Below are positions 21,423 through 31,050 of a stretch of DNA of 64,000 nucleotides, one piece after another (positions within the stretch are counted from its first letter, which is position 1; each line of letters opens with the position of its first letter). This stretch comes from Candidatus Krumholzibacteriia bacterium (lineage in GTDB: Bacteria > Krumholzibacteriota > Krumholzibacteriia > WVZY01). The stretch lies in NCBI GenBank assembly GCA_046754105.1, contig JBHHVD010000004.1:1319-65318 (forward strand). The letters are read 5' to 3'. The translations under genes were made by a program, and so were the position numbers. The notes beneath the pieces are model-generated. The model ran no database searches. It was given only the letters and a program-made list of their open reading frames with translations, and had not been told where the DNA came from.

Positions 21423-24400
21423 TTAGAAGCTCGGGCCGAGGAAGAAATGAAACTGACTGGCCCCGACCGACCGAAGGTCGGTTTGCCAGGCCAGTTGAAA
21501 GTTGAGCAGGAAGAACCCGAAATAGAAATGGGTTCCGAACCCGAAGTCCCCCCTGAGGTCTTCGAATTGCAGGCCGTTGACGTCCTTCTTGAACACCCTG
21601 ATGTCACTCCCGTCCCACGCCGCACCCACGTCGAAAAACGCGGATCCGCCGATGTTGCCGAACCCCCACCGCCCGGGAAAACCGATTATCAACTCATCGA
21701 TCAGCGGAAAACGATACTCGATGCTCGCAAGTCCCAGCCGCGACCCCTCGAATTCGAGGTAATCGAAACCGCGCAACGTCGACGGACCGCCCAGGAAGAA
21801 CGACCGCGGGTCATCCCCCTCGCTGCCCGCGAACGTGGCTCGGAACGCCAGCGAGTTGCGGTACCACAGTTTGAAATACTTGCGGTAATCGATAAAGACG
21901 GTACCCCTCGACACCGCGTTGTTCCCGATTCCGAACCCTTTGGACGCGCTGATGTAGTAGCGTGATCCGTCGATTGGGCCGTACGGCCCGTAGAAGGACG
22001 CGTCATGGACAAAGGACAGCGAAGGCTCGATGAGATTTCGGGTGGACTTACCCGTTTCCTCGAAAGTCAACAGGTCCTCTTCCGTCCGGACTTCGTCGAA
22101 GAACTCCCGGTCGGACACGAACGCCTGCAGCTCGAAGTCCAGACGGTCGAACGTGTTGAACGGGTAGCTGGCCAGCCCGAAGACGCCGTAGTTCCGCTCC
22201 GAGAACAGCTGGTAGTCCTGGAACGACTCGCCGATCGATGTCACCCGGCTGTTGAGAAAATTCTTGAACTGAAAGATACCGGCGCCATAGTTGATGCGAT
22301 GTTTGAGGTAGAAATACTGCGCGAGCAGGTCCGAGTCCTCGATCGTCCTGAACAAATTGAACGAAAAGACCATGCGGTGGTTGCCGAGCATGTCGCTGAG
22401 CGCAATCGTGTTGGCGAGCCCGAAACCGAAGCCGGTCGAGTAATAGAGGCCGCCGCCCTGGCCGATAAAATCCGGCGCGAGCTTGAGCTTGTAGCCCGAA
22501 ACCGACCCGCCCCTCGTCGCCGGCTCGTCGCCCGCGATCGGCCGCTGGACGCCCTCGAGCTGCGCGCCGGCAGGACTACCTTCCTTCGCGTCGCTCAGCA
22601 GCTTTGCCTTGGACTCGTCTATGATTGTTGCGTCCGGGATACGGAGCGTGATTCCGAGCTTTTCCAACGAATCCTCGTCCGCCACCGAGAAAACGTCATC
22701 CTCGCTTTCATCCACCGATCGGACCCGTACCGCCGGCCGCTCGTGCTCCTCTGCCTCGGCGCGGCGCAGGAGCGTTCCCGCCGGGATGTCCGGTCCCCGC
22801 GGACCCTCGCGCAGCAGTGCGGTCTGTTCCGACCTGCGGGTGGCGAGCGCGGGGCTAATGTCCGACCCGTAGTTCTTGTTCAGCAGCGCTTCCAGTTCGT
22901 CCGACACGTAGATATCCCAGCCGTTCTTCGAGAACGCCGAGAACGCAATACGGTTTTTCGAATCGACCACGTCGGGAGTGAAAACGCCCCCGAGCACGTC
23001 GGTGAATCGATGGTACTCGCCTGTTTCCAGGTCGGCGACGTAGAGGTTTCGGATTCCGGAAGCGTCCGACGTAAACACCATCCGGCGACCCTCGTCGAAG
23101 ACCATGGGGCTGCTATCATCGCCGCTGGTCTCGATGAGAGGCCTGCTCGATGCGGTCCCCAGGTCCATTTCGTAAATATCCAGTGTGCCCCCGTGTTTGA
23201 CGTTGTCGGTGGCGAGGAAATCCATCTCGCTCAGCGTGCGCCTGCCTTCAGCTGAAAGATCGGCCGGGACCGGCGCTGTAACTTGTGGATAGTACTCGAA
23301 CGCGATGCGCTTGCCGTCTGGGAAGAAACGGGGGTTGAGCTGGTCGGCAAAATCGTTCGTCAAGCGCCGGTACTCTCCACTCTCGCAGTCGACCAGCATG
23401 AGGTCCGTCTGGCCGCCGAATACCGCGCTAACCACGATGACGTCCCCCTTCGGAGACCAGGTGGGCGAGGCAAGACCGTCCGCACCGAGGTCGAGCTTCT
23501 TGCGCACCTTGCCCTTTTTCGTATCAACGATGAACAACTGCGAGCGCCCGTCGGACTTGGCGACGAACGTGAGCTCCTTGCCATCGGGCTTGAAGGACAT
23601 ACTGCTGGTGAAAAAATGCAGCGACTCGAACTGGTTCGACTTGTGACCGGTCACGAGCTTTTTGATGATCTTGCCGTCGACCGCTGACATGAGGTAGATC
23701 GATATCAATTCTCGGCTCGAGAAGAAGGCGATCGTCTCGCCGTCCGGCGACAGCACCGGCTTGGTGTTGTAGGCCGCGCGCTCCTTCACATGGTTGGTCA
23801 GACGGCGCCCGATTTCCGGCGCCTCGTGCTTGTCGGCGTACAACGGCCAGTAGTGTTTGCGCTGGGCCTTCTGCCATTTCCTGGTCAACTCGGTTGTCGA
23901 CAACCCGATCGTCTTCTCGAGCGCCGCGTCCGCGTTGCGCGTGATGGCCAGCGCGTCGAGGATCTCCAGCACTTTTTCCTTGCCGTAGGTCTGATCGATG
24001 TAGTTCCACGCCGATTGCCCCTGCTTGTACACGGCGAAGCCCCCGGCCCGGCTCAGGTCGCCAAGGTAATTGTGAATTACCCCGTCGCGCACGTACATGT
24101 CGGTTTCCGGGTCCCACCCGACGGCCAGGTACTCGGCGACGCCTTCCATCACCCACAGCGGCAGACCAAAGAGCGACGTGCGAGAGAAAACGTTGTCTAG
24201 CAACCGGCTATAGATGATCTGGAACGTAAACACGTGGGCGAGCTCGTGGATCGCCGTGTGAGCGAACTGCGGGTACGAGCCGGTGAAGGGCAGCACGATC
24301 CGCTTGCGCGAAGGCTCGGCAAACGCCTGCACACCTTCCGAGAGACTCTCCAGCGACACGTTGGTCTGCAGGAAATCGTTGTGGGACCCGTAGAGGATTA

Positions 24401-24659
24401 CGGGCACCTTCCACGGCAGCGTCTCGTGCAGCTTCCCGGAGAGCATGCGGTAGCCGTCCTCGAGTACCAGGCCCGCACGCACGGCAAACGCGTCGGACCC
24501 GTCGTAGAAGTGGATCTCGAAGTGCGGCGTGCTCAGCACGTGCCAGTTGTGGTTCTTGTACTGGATCTTGTTGCGGCCGAACTGGGCGGCGGCGGGCCCG
24601 GCCAGGGCGGATAAGAGAAAAAGAGAGGCGATAACCAATACTGTTGTTTTACGGGACAA
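21423..24659 (-). CDS. Outer-membrane fusion protein: signal peptide, peptidase-MA-like (HEXXH...E) domain, TolB-like beta-propeller repeats, C-terminal Omp85/BamA-type beta-barrel
   Basis: 1078 aa. Signal MSRKTTVLVIASLFLLSALAGPAAAQ. HELAHVFTFQ...WVMEGVAEY is a gluzincin-like HEXXH + E. Repeated PDG/PKG propeller motifs: SPDGETIAFFS, KPDGKELTFVAKSDGRSQLFIV, SPKGDVIVVSA, FPDGKRIAFEY. The C-terminus TLRGFDYLEFEGSRLGLASIEYRFPL...FFDVGAAW...FHFFLGPSF matches the Omp85 barrel terminus. Confidence 0.8.
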   Translation of the reverse strand: MSRKTTVLVIASLFLLSALAGPAAAQFGRNKIQYKNHNWHVLSTPHFEIHFYDGSDAFAVRAGLVLEDGYRMLSGKLHETLPWKVPVILYGSHNDFLQTNVSLESLSEGVQAFAEPSRKRIVLPFTGSYPQFAHTAIHELAHVFTFQIIYSRLLDNVFSRTSLFGLPLWVMEGVAEYLAVGWDPETDMYVRDGVIHNYLGDLSRAGGFAVYKQGQSAWNYIDQTYGKEKVLEILDALAITRNADAALEKTIGLSTTELTRKWQKAQRKHYWPLYADKHEAPEIGRRLTNHVKERAAYNTKPVLSPDGETIAFFSSRELISIYLMSAVDGKIIKKLVTGHKSNQFESLHFFTSSMSFKPDGKELTFVAKSDGRSQLFIVDTKKGKVRKKLDLGADGLASPTWSPKGDVIVVSAVFGGQTDLMLVDCESGEYRRLTNDFADQLNPRFFPDGKRIAFEYYPQVTAPVPADLSAEGRRTLSEMDFLATDNVKHGGTLDIYEMDLGTASSRPLIETSGDDSSPMVFDEGRRMVFTSDASGIRNLYVADLETGEYHRFTDVLGGVFTPDVVDSKNRIAFSAFSKNGWDIYVSDELEALLNKNYGSDISPALATRRSEQTALLREGPRGPDIPAGTLLRRAEAEEHERPAVRVRSVDESEDDVFSVADEDSLEKLGITLRIPDATIIDESKAKLLSDAKEGSPAGAQLEGVQRPIAGDEPATRGGSVSGYKLKLAPDFIGQGGGLYYSTGFGFGLANTIALSDMLGNHRMVFSFNLFRTIEDSDLLAQYFYLKHRINYGAGIFQFKNFLNSRVTSIGESFQDYQLFSERNYGVFGLASYPFNTFDRLDFELQAFVSDREFFDEVRTEEDLLTFEETGKSTRNLIEPSLSFVHDASFYGPYGPIDGSRYYISASKGFGIGNNAVSRGTVFIDYRKYFKLWYRNSLAFRATFAGSEGDDPRSFFLGGPSTLRGFDYLEFEGSRLGLASIEYRFPLIDELIIGFPGRWGFGNIGGSAFFDVGAAWDGSDIRVFKKDVNGLQFEDLRGDFGFGTHFYFGFFLLNFQLAWQTDLRSVGASQFHFFLGPSF

Positions 24660-24768
24660 TTCGTCTCCCTCGGGTGGCGGTTAAGAGCTAGCGTCACAAA
24701 ACGGTACGCGCTCCCCCATCCCTACTAAAATAGGGTCCCCGCCGCCTCCGCTCAAGCAGAATAAGCGG

Positions 24769-27700
24769 TTAGTACTCCAGCCGGAACTTGATGTCGAAAT
24801 TGATTTCGTCTGCGGTCTGGCGGCTCTTGCCGGTTATACCGCGGCTGGAGTGCCGGATGATCTCCGAGCGCAGGAGGAACATATTGCTGATTCGGTACTC
24901 GATATCCACCTCCCGTTCCGTGGTATACGTAATCCCTTGTCGATACTTTAGATACACATCCTCGGAAAGGTAGCGCCCAAAGGCGATGCTCATCTCGCGC
25001 TCCCCGTTGCCGCCGAGGGTCCCTCTGTGCCGCGTTCGGGTTTCCACGTCGACGGTCATGTCCTGCATCTGGGCGTTGAGGATGCGCTCGAGGTAGTTCG
25101 ACGCGAGATTCTGGGCCGCTCCCCCGGCGTCAAACGCGGAGCCCGGCATCAGACCCGCATCACCGGCGACGACCTGGCCGCCGAGCATTTTCCACAGGTC
25201 GGACTGGCTGTAACCGGGAGCGTCGTAGCTGAGGGCGATCACCGGCTCGCGCTTGTCCCACTCCCAGACCAGGTTGAGAAAGATCCGGCGCTCCTCCTGG
25301 CCCGCTCGCCGGTGTGGCGTATACGCGTTGAGCCGAATATCCGGGCGCAGAGTCGTCGCCTTGGAAAAATCGATTCGACCATCCGTTATCTGAAAGGTGT
25401 TGTTGTAGAGAGTGTAGGCGCCCCGGAGCACGCTGAGGTCACCCCGAAAATAAAATCCCCGCTCGTCCCGCCGCATGATCAGCTCGCCGCCGAGTTCCAT
25501 ATCCAGGTCGGCGTTCCTCAACCGCACGTTCTTCGGCGCGTCGATACTCATGTTGCAAAGCCACGACGGTGAATCCGTCGCCATGGTCGCCTGATTCGGC
25601 GGTCCTTCCTGAACGCCCAGTTCCATCGTAACCAGCGCTTGTTTGACCGCTATCGAACCCGTTATCGACGGTACGACACGCCCCGCCGTGTTTCGCTGTG
25701 AGTCGATCATCAGCTTGCCGTCCTGCGTTGAGACGACGTCCGGTATCGACGATATCGTAACGTCCCTGAGGAACACGTCGAGATGGTAGCTCTCGAGGCC
25801 GAAGCCGCGGAGTTGTGAGGTCCCCGAGCCGCTGAAGCGGCCCTTCTTGCCGGTGGCGCCGGTAATCTTCACCAGCCTGAGATTCGTGTCGCGGAGCTCA
25901 AACGCGGCCTCCACGTCGCGGTATACCTCGTCCATGCCCGCCAGCCGAAGTCCGCCCTCGTTGAGTTCGAGATTCCCCGTGTAGGTCGGACTCGCGAGGA
26001 TTCCTCGGATGGCGAGTTCGCCCTGCATTCTTCCGCGCGATGCCGCTATGGCCTCGAAATAGCCCGGCACGCGGGACAGGTCCTCAGACGCAACCCGGAT
26101 CGCCACGTCTACGGGACCGTCGTCCCGCCACTCAAAACCGCTCCCGATACCGATTGCGACCGGCACCGTCCCCTGCGCCCGCGCTCGCGTGGCGCCGTCA
26201 TCGACATCCACAGAGCGAATCGTCAACACCTTGTTCTCGTATTGCAGATCGGTACGGATCGGGGGCAATTGTCGCCGGTCGCCGGGTTGTGACACCAGGG
26301 TGCCGCGGGAGATGATCACCGGCGCGCCCAATGTGTTCGTCACGGTCATCGTGCCGTCGAAAGCTCCCTCCCAGTATCGCGGCAGATGCAGGGCCTTGAA
26401 CAACGCCGGCAGCGGGTACCGGCTGCTCGCAGCCTCGGCCTTTACCTGCGCCCCGGCCGCCGCCGACATGGGGAATCCCCGGCGCACCATCTTGACCGGC
26501 GACTCGGGCAGCGCCCACGTGCCCGAAATCAGGAGTGAATCGGGACCGTCCCGTAGCCGCAAACCGTTGACCCTGTATCCCCGCGACGGTTCGTAATCGG
26601 CCCGCACATCGAGGTACGCGAAGACCAGGCTGTCGATCGATCCGTCTCTGATCTCGAGCGACAGGTCCGACGTCGGGTCGTTGAGATCTCCCGTCGCGGT
26701 GGCCTCGAATCTCGCCGTGCCTCTTAATTCGATCGGCAGGTCGAACGCCCGCCGCAACAGAGCAAGATCGAGATTCTCGCCCCAGCCGCGCAGATCGCAC
26801 GTCTCGCTGTCCACCGAGTAGCTGCCGACGATACCCAACGAGTGCCCGTTCGACTGTAAGACCAGCGAGTCGATCGCGGTCGAATTGTCCGTTACCGTCA
26901 TGATCGTGGGCAATTCGTTCTTCCAGTTCGAATGAGGCATATTCACGACGAGGTGCTGGATGAGGATTTTTTGTTCTTCCTCGCCGGGTACAACGTCGAA
27001 ACTCGTCGTAACAAAGGTGTCCCCAGTGGCAAAACTGAAGTCACGAACTCTGACCTTGCCGACGGTCCCTTCGAGCAGCACGTGCGGGTCCTCGAACTCC
27101 TTCCCCTTCAGCATCAGCCCCGAGCCTTTCACGTCCACCGTCGCCAGGATGTCCTCGCCGCCGACGTTCCTGGCGTCCGCGTGAACGCTGCTGCTATCGA
27201 TCGTACCCCACAGGTAGGACAAATCCCGCCAGCCGCCGTTGAGATTGAGTTGAAAACGGTCCAACGGGCCCTGCAGCCGCCCGGACAGTTCCGCCGAGCC
27301 CCCAATCGGCGGCAGCTCGATGTAGTCCAGGAGGTAGCCGAAGTCGTCACCCTTGAGGTCGAGGATGAGATCCGCGGTGCCGGCGGGGTCGATGGTGCCG
27401 GACCCCGACAGCTCGAACCCCGGGCGGCTTAGTTGAAATGACCGGATCCGCAGGCCGATCGCGTCGCGCCAGTTCAGGCGACACTGAATCGCGTCTCCTT
27501 CGAAACCCAACACCGACGAGCGTCTCAAATCGGCCTGCACCTCGTACGCCTTTTGCGGGGCGAGATAATCTAGCTTGACGAACCCGTTCAAGTCCGTTTC
27601 GGGCACGCCCTCATCCTTGATGAATCCTTCGGTGATGTCGAGACTCTCGCACACGCCGCTGAACGAGTAGCCGCCATCCGCTCGCCGGTAGCGAAAATCA

Positions 27701-28695
27701 CCGTTGAGCCGGCTGCCGAAGATCGTCCCCTGTAGCTCGGAGAAATAGACCTCCTCGGGCGAGAGCAGCCCCTCAAACGTCAAGCCGCTGAACACCAGGC
27801 CCAGCCCCTTGCCCGCCAGGCTGCCGCGAAGGGAGAGTGAATCAGGCGGTCCTTCTACGATGACGTTGCCCCCGACTTCGCCCTTCTCGCCCTGAATCAC
27901 ACCCAGCGCCGACAACTCGGCGAGGTCGAGCGGGTTGAACACACCCTGGACGTGGTGAAGCCTGCCCTCGTCGTATCGGCCGCTCAACACGGCGACGGTT
28001 CGGTCCAGCCGTACCTCCAGACCGCTGAACGCGACGCCATCCCCGCCGTACGTAGCCTTCATCTTCAAGGAGCTCACCGGGACTTGTGTTCCGCCGACGA
28101 CCGCCGAGCCGTTATCGATCGACAACTGCCCCTCGCCCTCCACGAGCCGGAACTGCCCCTCGAGGTTCACACGCTCGAGGGTATGAGCGACGTCCGTGCG
28201 CTCCACGCGCAGCTGAAGATCCGTAACGGAGAACCGATCGATCTCTACATGGGGCGTGGCGCTTTCGGAAGACGGGTTGGCGCCGTTCGGAGGGCTCGGC
28301 AGCAGGGGCCGCCCGTCGCTGCCCTCGAGTATCGTGAGACGAGGTTGCTCGATCTCCAGGTTGCTGACCAGCATCTTGAGCTTCAACACCTGGACGAGGT
28401 TATAGTCCAGACTGATGCGCCTGGCCCGGAACACCTCGAAGGGCCGGCCCTTGCCCTGGTAGCGAAGCACCGGCCTGGCAAGAGAAACGTGCCCCACCAG
28501 ATCGCCCGATATGCGACCACAGGAGAACCGGAATGGCGTCCCGCGCAAGTAATGGTCGTTTACATACTTGCTCAGGCGGTACGAGAGAAGCTCGCTCTTC
28601 TGAAAGACCCCGACGGCGATGACAACCGTCACGACGACGGCGACCACGAGCGAGAACACTCTGTGTATCTTTATGACGCGCTTCTTGCCAACCAT
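24769..28695 (-). CDS. tamB: Translocation and assembly module subunit TamB (AsmA-like, DUF490 C-terminus)
   Basis: 1308 aa with a single N-terminal TM anchor (LVVAVVVTVVIAVGVF), a long beta-rich body, and a C-terminus ...DIEYRISNMFLLRSEIIRHS...INFDIKFRLEY typical of TamB. Immediately downstream of tamA. Confidence 0.85.
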   Translation of the reverse strand: MVGKKRVIKIHRVFSLVVAVVVTVVIAVGVFQKSELLSYRLSKYVNDHYLRGTPFRFSCGRISGDLVGHVSLARPVLRYQGKGRPFEVFRARRISLDYNLVQVLKLKMLVSNLEIEQPRLTILEGSDGRPLLPSPPNGANPSSESATPHVEIDRFSVTDLQLRVERTDVAHTLERVNLEGQFRLVEGEGQLSIDNGSAVVGGTQVPVSSLKMKATYGGDGVAFSGLEVRLDRTVAVLSGRYDEGRLHHVQGVFNPLDLAELSALGVIQGEKGEVGGNVIVEGPPDSLSLRGSLAGKGLGLVFSGLTFEGLLSPEEVYFSELQGTIFGSRLNGDFRYRRADGGYSFSGVCESLDITEGFIKDEGVPETDLNGFVKLDYLAPQKAYEVQADLRRSSVLGFEGDAIQCRLNWRDAIGLRIRSFQLSRPGFELSGSGTIDPAGTADLILDLKGDDFGYLLDYIELPPIGGSAELSGRLQGPLDRFQLNLNGGWRDLSYLWGTIDSSSVHADARNVGGEDILATVDVKGSGLMLKGKEFEDPHVLLEGTVGKVRVRDFSFATGDTFVTTSFDVVPGEEEQKILIQHLVVNMPHSNWKNELPTIMTVTDNSTAIDSLVLQSNGHSLGIVGSYSVDSETCDLRGWGENLDLALLRRAFDLPIELRGTARFEATATGDLNDPTSDLSLEIRDGSIDSLVFAYLDVRADYEPSRGYRVNGLRLRDGPDSLLISGTWALPESPVKMVRRGFPMSAAAGAQVKAEAASSRYPLPALFKALHLPRYWEGAFDGTMTVTNTLGAPVIISRGTLVSQPGDRRQLPPIRTDLQYENKVLTIRSVDVDDGATRARAQGTVPVAIGIGSGFEWRDDGPVDVAIRVASEDLSRVPGYFEAIAASRGRMQGELAIRGILASPTYTGNLELNEGGLRLAGMDEVYRDVEAAFELRDTNLRLVKITGATGKKGRFSGSGTSQLRGFGLESYHLDVFLRDVTISSIPDVVSTQDGKLMIDSQRNTAGRVVPSITGSIAVKQALVTMELGVQEGPPNQATMATDSPSWLCNMSIDAPKNVRLRNADLDMELGGELIMRRDERGFYFRGDLSVLRGAYTLYNNTFQITDGRIDFSKATTLRPDIRLNAYTPHRRAGQEERRIFLNLVWEWDKREPVIALSYDAPGYSQSDLWKMLGGQVVAGDAGLMPGSAFDAGGAAQNLASNYLERILNAQMQDMTVDVETRTRHRGTLGGNGEREMSIAFGRYLSEDVYLKYRQGITYTTEREVDIEYRISNMFLLRSEIIRHSSRGITGKSRQTADEINFDIKFRLEY

Positions 28696-28703
28696 ATTGT
28701 GCC

Positions 28704-30686
28704 TTAGAAGATTTGCCCCAGACTCACGTGAAAACGAGCATTATCCAGGCCAGCCTCGCGCTTGAGCGGCACCCCGTAGTCCAGCCGGATGGGGCCGACC
28801 GGCGTGTTGTATCGTATGCCCACGCCAACGCTGTACCGGTAATCCTCTTGCACCACGTCTGCCCGGTCCGCGAAGGGCCTGAAGTGTTTGAGATCGATGC
28901 TCCCCAGGCTCTCCCACACGTTGCCGGCATCCACGAACGCCGCCCCGGAAAAGCGGAATCGTGCAAGCAGCGGCAGCGGAAACCGCAATTCTGCGTTCGT
29001 GAGCAGCAGCACCCGGCCACCCAGCACAGTCTTCTGGACCACGCCCGGGCTCGTGGTGAGGGTGTCGGTGGGCCCGAGACTGTTCTCGTCGTATCCTCGT
29101 ACCGAGTTGCTGCCGCCGCTAAAGAAACGCGCCTCGACCGGAACTGCGGCCGACGAGCCGAAGCGGTCCGCGAATCCGGCCCGCGCTCTGAACGCTACGA
29201 TAACGCGGCCACCCAGACGATAGTATTTCTGCACCGAGCCGCTGACACTGAAGTAGTCGTTATCGGCCCCGAGGATCCCGCCTGCGACCTCGAAGTTGAG
29301 GTCCCTGAACACTCCGCTCTTGGGGTCCAGGATAAAATCACGCGTGTCGTACCGTATCGTCGACGAAATCAAGTTCGACCTCGAGACCACCAGGCTGTCC
29401 ACACCCGTCTGACTCTTGATTCGCTGCAGGGAAAACTGGAGCGACGCCAGAGTCCGCGGGTTCAGCCGCCGGCTGCCGCCGACTGTTGCGCCGCGTGTTC
29501 GAACCACGATGTCATCCACCGTCGCGTCCTTTTCGAGAAACGTGTTGACCCCCAGGAGTACCTTGGATCCAAGAAGACGACGCTGATTGAATTGCGCGTC
29601 GTACCGGTAGAACTTCACCCGAAAATCAAGGTTGTTGAAATCGAGCGTCGCATCCTCGAAGATCCCGAATGAATACTCCGTCTTGAGGCGAAGCTCGCGC
29701 CCGGTACCAAACAGGTTGCGCTCTCCCCATTCCCCCAGGACACGGCTGCCGAGGATGTTGCCCACACCGAAACCGGCCTCCACGTAGGCCGACTTCCGCT
29801 CGCTGACCCTCACTACGATGTCCACGGTTCGCTCTTCCGGGTTCAAGTTTTCCGGAATGACCTCCACCTCTGTAAACAGCCCTGTCTCGAAAAGGTTGCG
29901 TTGGGTCTCGATCACTTTGCCGAGGCGAAAACGGTCTCCGCTCCGGAACGCCAGCTCCTTTTCCACCACGGAGCGATTCGTATTACTGTTGCCTTTGATG
30001 GCGATGTCACGGATGTCAAAGACCGGGCCTGCTACCACCTCGTACCGAATGCGCACTTTGCGGTTGTCAACCACGACGGAGTCCCGAACTACAACCCCCA
30101 GGTAACCCTCCTCAAAATAATTTCGCTTGATCGAGTACACGTCCACGCTCAACAGCGAAGGGTTGTATGGATCCCCCGGCGCGAGTACCAGGTCCTTTTT
30201 CAATCGGCCTTCCTCAATCGAGCCTGCGGTTTCGACCTCTATCGCGTCGACCCGCGTGGCCTCTCGTTCCACGACTTCGATGATGATGTCGACAAAAGCA
30301 TCGTTCTCGAGCTTCTTGATTTCCTTGAGCGTCACCGTCGCCTCGAGAAAGCCGTTGGCATGATAGAACGCTTCCATTACGGATATGTCACGCCGCAGAA
30401 CGTCCGTGCGCTGTCTTGGTTTTTTGAACACGGAAAAAAACGACGATTCGTCCGTATTCATTTGCTTTTTCAATTCATGGTCGGAAAAAGACTGATTGCC
30501 CGTTATGATGATCTTGTTGATAAACGGCTGACGCGTGCTGTCCTCCGGCTCGAGAGGCTGCGCCCCGACCCGCGTCCCGAGCGGCGCGGCCAAAACCAGC
30601 ATTGCCAGCAGGCGAACGCATCGGGTAGGATCGAAGCATCGGTGCGCGCCGTGGTTCCTTCTCGTAAAATGCCGATTTACAGCCAT
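28704..30686 (-). CDS. tamA: Omp85-family protein with 3 POTRA domains + beta-barrel (TamA-like; occupies the bamA syntenic position after rseP)
   Basis: 660 aa with three POTRA-like repeats and then a barrel ending ...RLDYGVPLKREAGLDNARFHVSLGQIF. The start is uncertain: 30686 ATG or the internal ATG at 30602. Confidence 0.8.
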   Translation of the reverse strand: MAVNRHFTRRNHGAHRCFDPTRCVRLLAMLVLAAPLGTRVGAQPLEPEDSTRQPFINKIIITGNQSFSDHELKKQMNTDESSFFSVFKKPRQRTDVLRRDISVMEAFYHANGFLEATVTLKEIKKLENDAFVDIIIEVVEREATRVDAIEVETAGSIEEGRLKKDLVLAPGDPYNPSLLSVDVYSIKRNYFEEGYLGVVVRDSVVVDNRKVRIRYEVVAGPVFDIRDIAIKGNSNTNRSVVEKELAFRSGDRFRLGKVIETQRNLFETGLFTEVEVIPENLNPEERTVDIVVRVSERKSAYVEAGFGVGNILGSRVLGEWGERNLFGTGRELRLKTEYSFGIFEDATLDFNNLDFRVKFYRYDAQFNQRRLLGSKVLLGVNTFLEKDATVDDIVVRTRGATVGGSRRLNPRTLASLQFSLQRIKSQTGVDSLVVSRSNLISSTIRYDTRDFILDPKSGVFRDLNFEVAGGILGADNDYFSVSGSVQKYYRLGGRVIVAFRARAGFADRFGSSAAVPVEARFFSGGSNSVRGYDENSLGPTDTLTTSPGVVQKTVLGGRVLLLTNAELRFPLPLLARFRFSGAAFVDAGNVWESLGSIDLKHFRPFADRADVVQEDYRYSVGVGIRYNTPVGPIRLDYGVPLKREAGLDNARFHVSLGQIF

Positions 30687-31050
30687 GAAGTCGAATAAAA
30701 CCGTCTTATTAATGCAGTGGTGGCGTCGCCCTGGTCTGCCGTTCGCGATCGGCCTGGTCGTCCTCTGCTCATCCTACTGTACGACCCCGGACACTCAAAC
30801 CACGATTGCACAGCTTTCCGCCGACGAGGCGTACCTCGTCGATACCTACGTTCACGTCGCCGAGGCCCGGGACGCGCACTTCATAAGTCCTTTAAAATCA
30901 GATAGTTTGTTCGCAGCGCTCGATTCTACGATAGATACGCTCCGCATTGCAAACACGATCCGCGGCCTGAACCAGGACCCGGACAGGTGGGTTCTGGTGT
31001 TTCGGAGTATCGAGAGTCGCTTGAAGACCCCGTCCCAGGGGGCCGATTAG
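30685..31050 (+). CDS. Questionable small ORF (121 aa, lipoprotein-like N-terminus) filling the rseP-tamA spacer
   Basis: ATG 30685; MKSNKTVLLMQWWRRPGLPFAIGLVVLCSSYC. It overlaps the tamA start codon and contains an AT-rich core (30880-30960) that looks non-coding, so it may be spurious. Confidence 0.2.
   Translation: MKSNKTVLLMQWWRRPGLPFAIGLVVLCSSYCTTPDTQTTIAQLSADEAYLVDTYVHVAEARDAHFISPLKSDSLFAALDSTIDTLRIANTIRGLNQDPDRWVLVFRSIESRLKTPSQGAD
30923..30952 (-). promoter_or_regulatory. Candidate sigma70-like promoter for tamA-tamB(-omp85 fusion)
   Basis: Minus strand: TTGCAA (30952-30947), 18 nt, TAGAAT (30928-30923), inside the only AT-rich patch of the 360-bp rseP-tamA spacer. Confidence 0.3.

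Noticed and set aside
19413-23255. 482-aa and 416-aa plus-strand ORFs opposite uvrD and the Omp85 fusion gene
   Set aside because: Antisense shadow ORFs; no recognisable domains.
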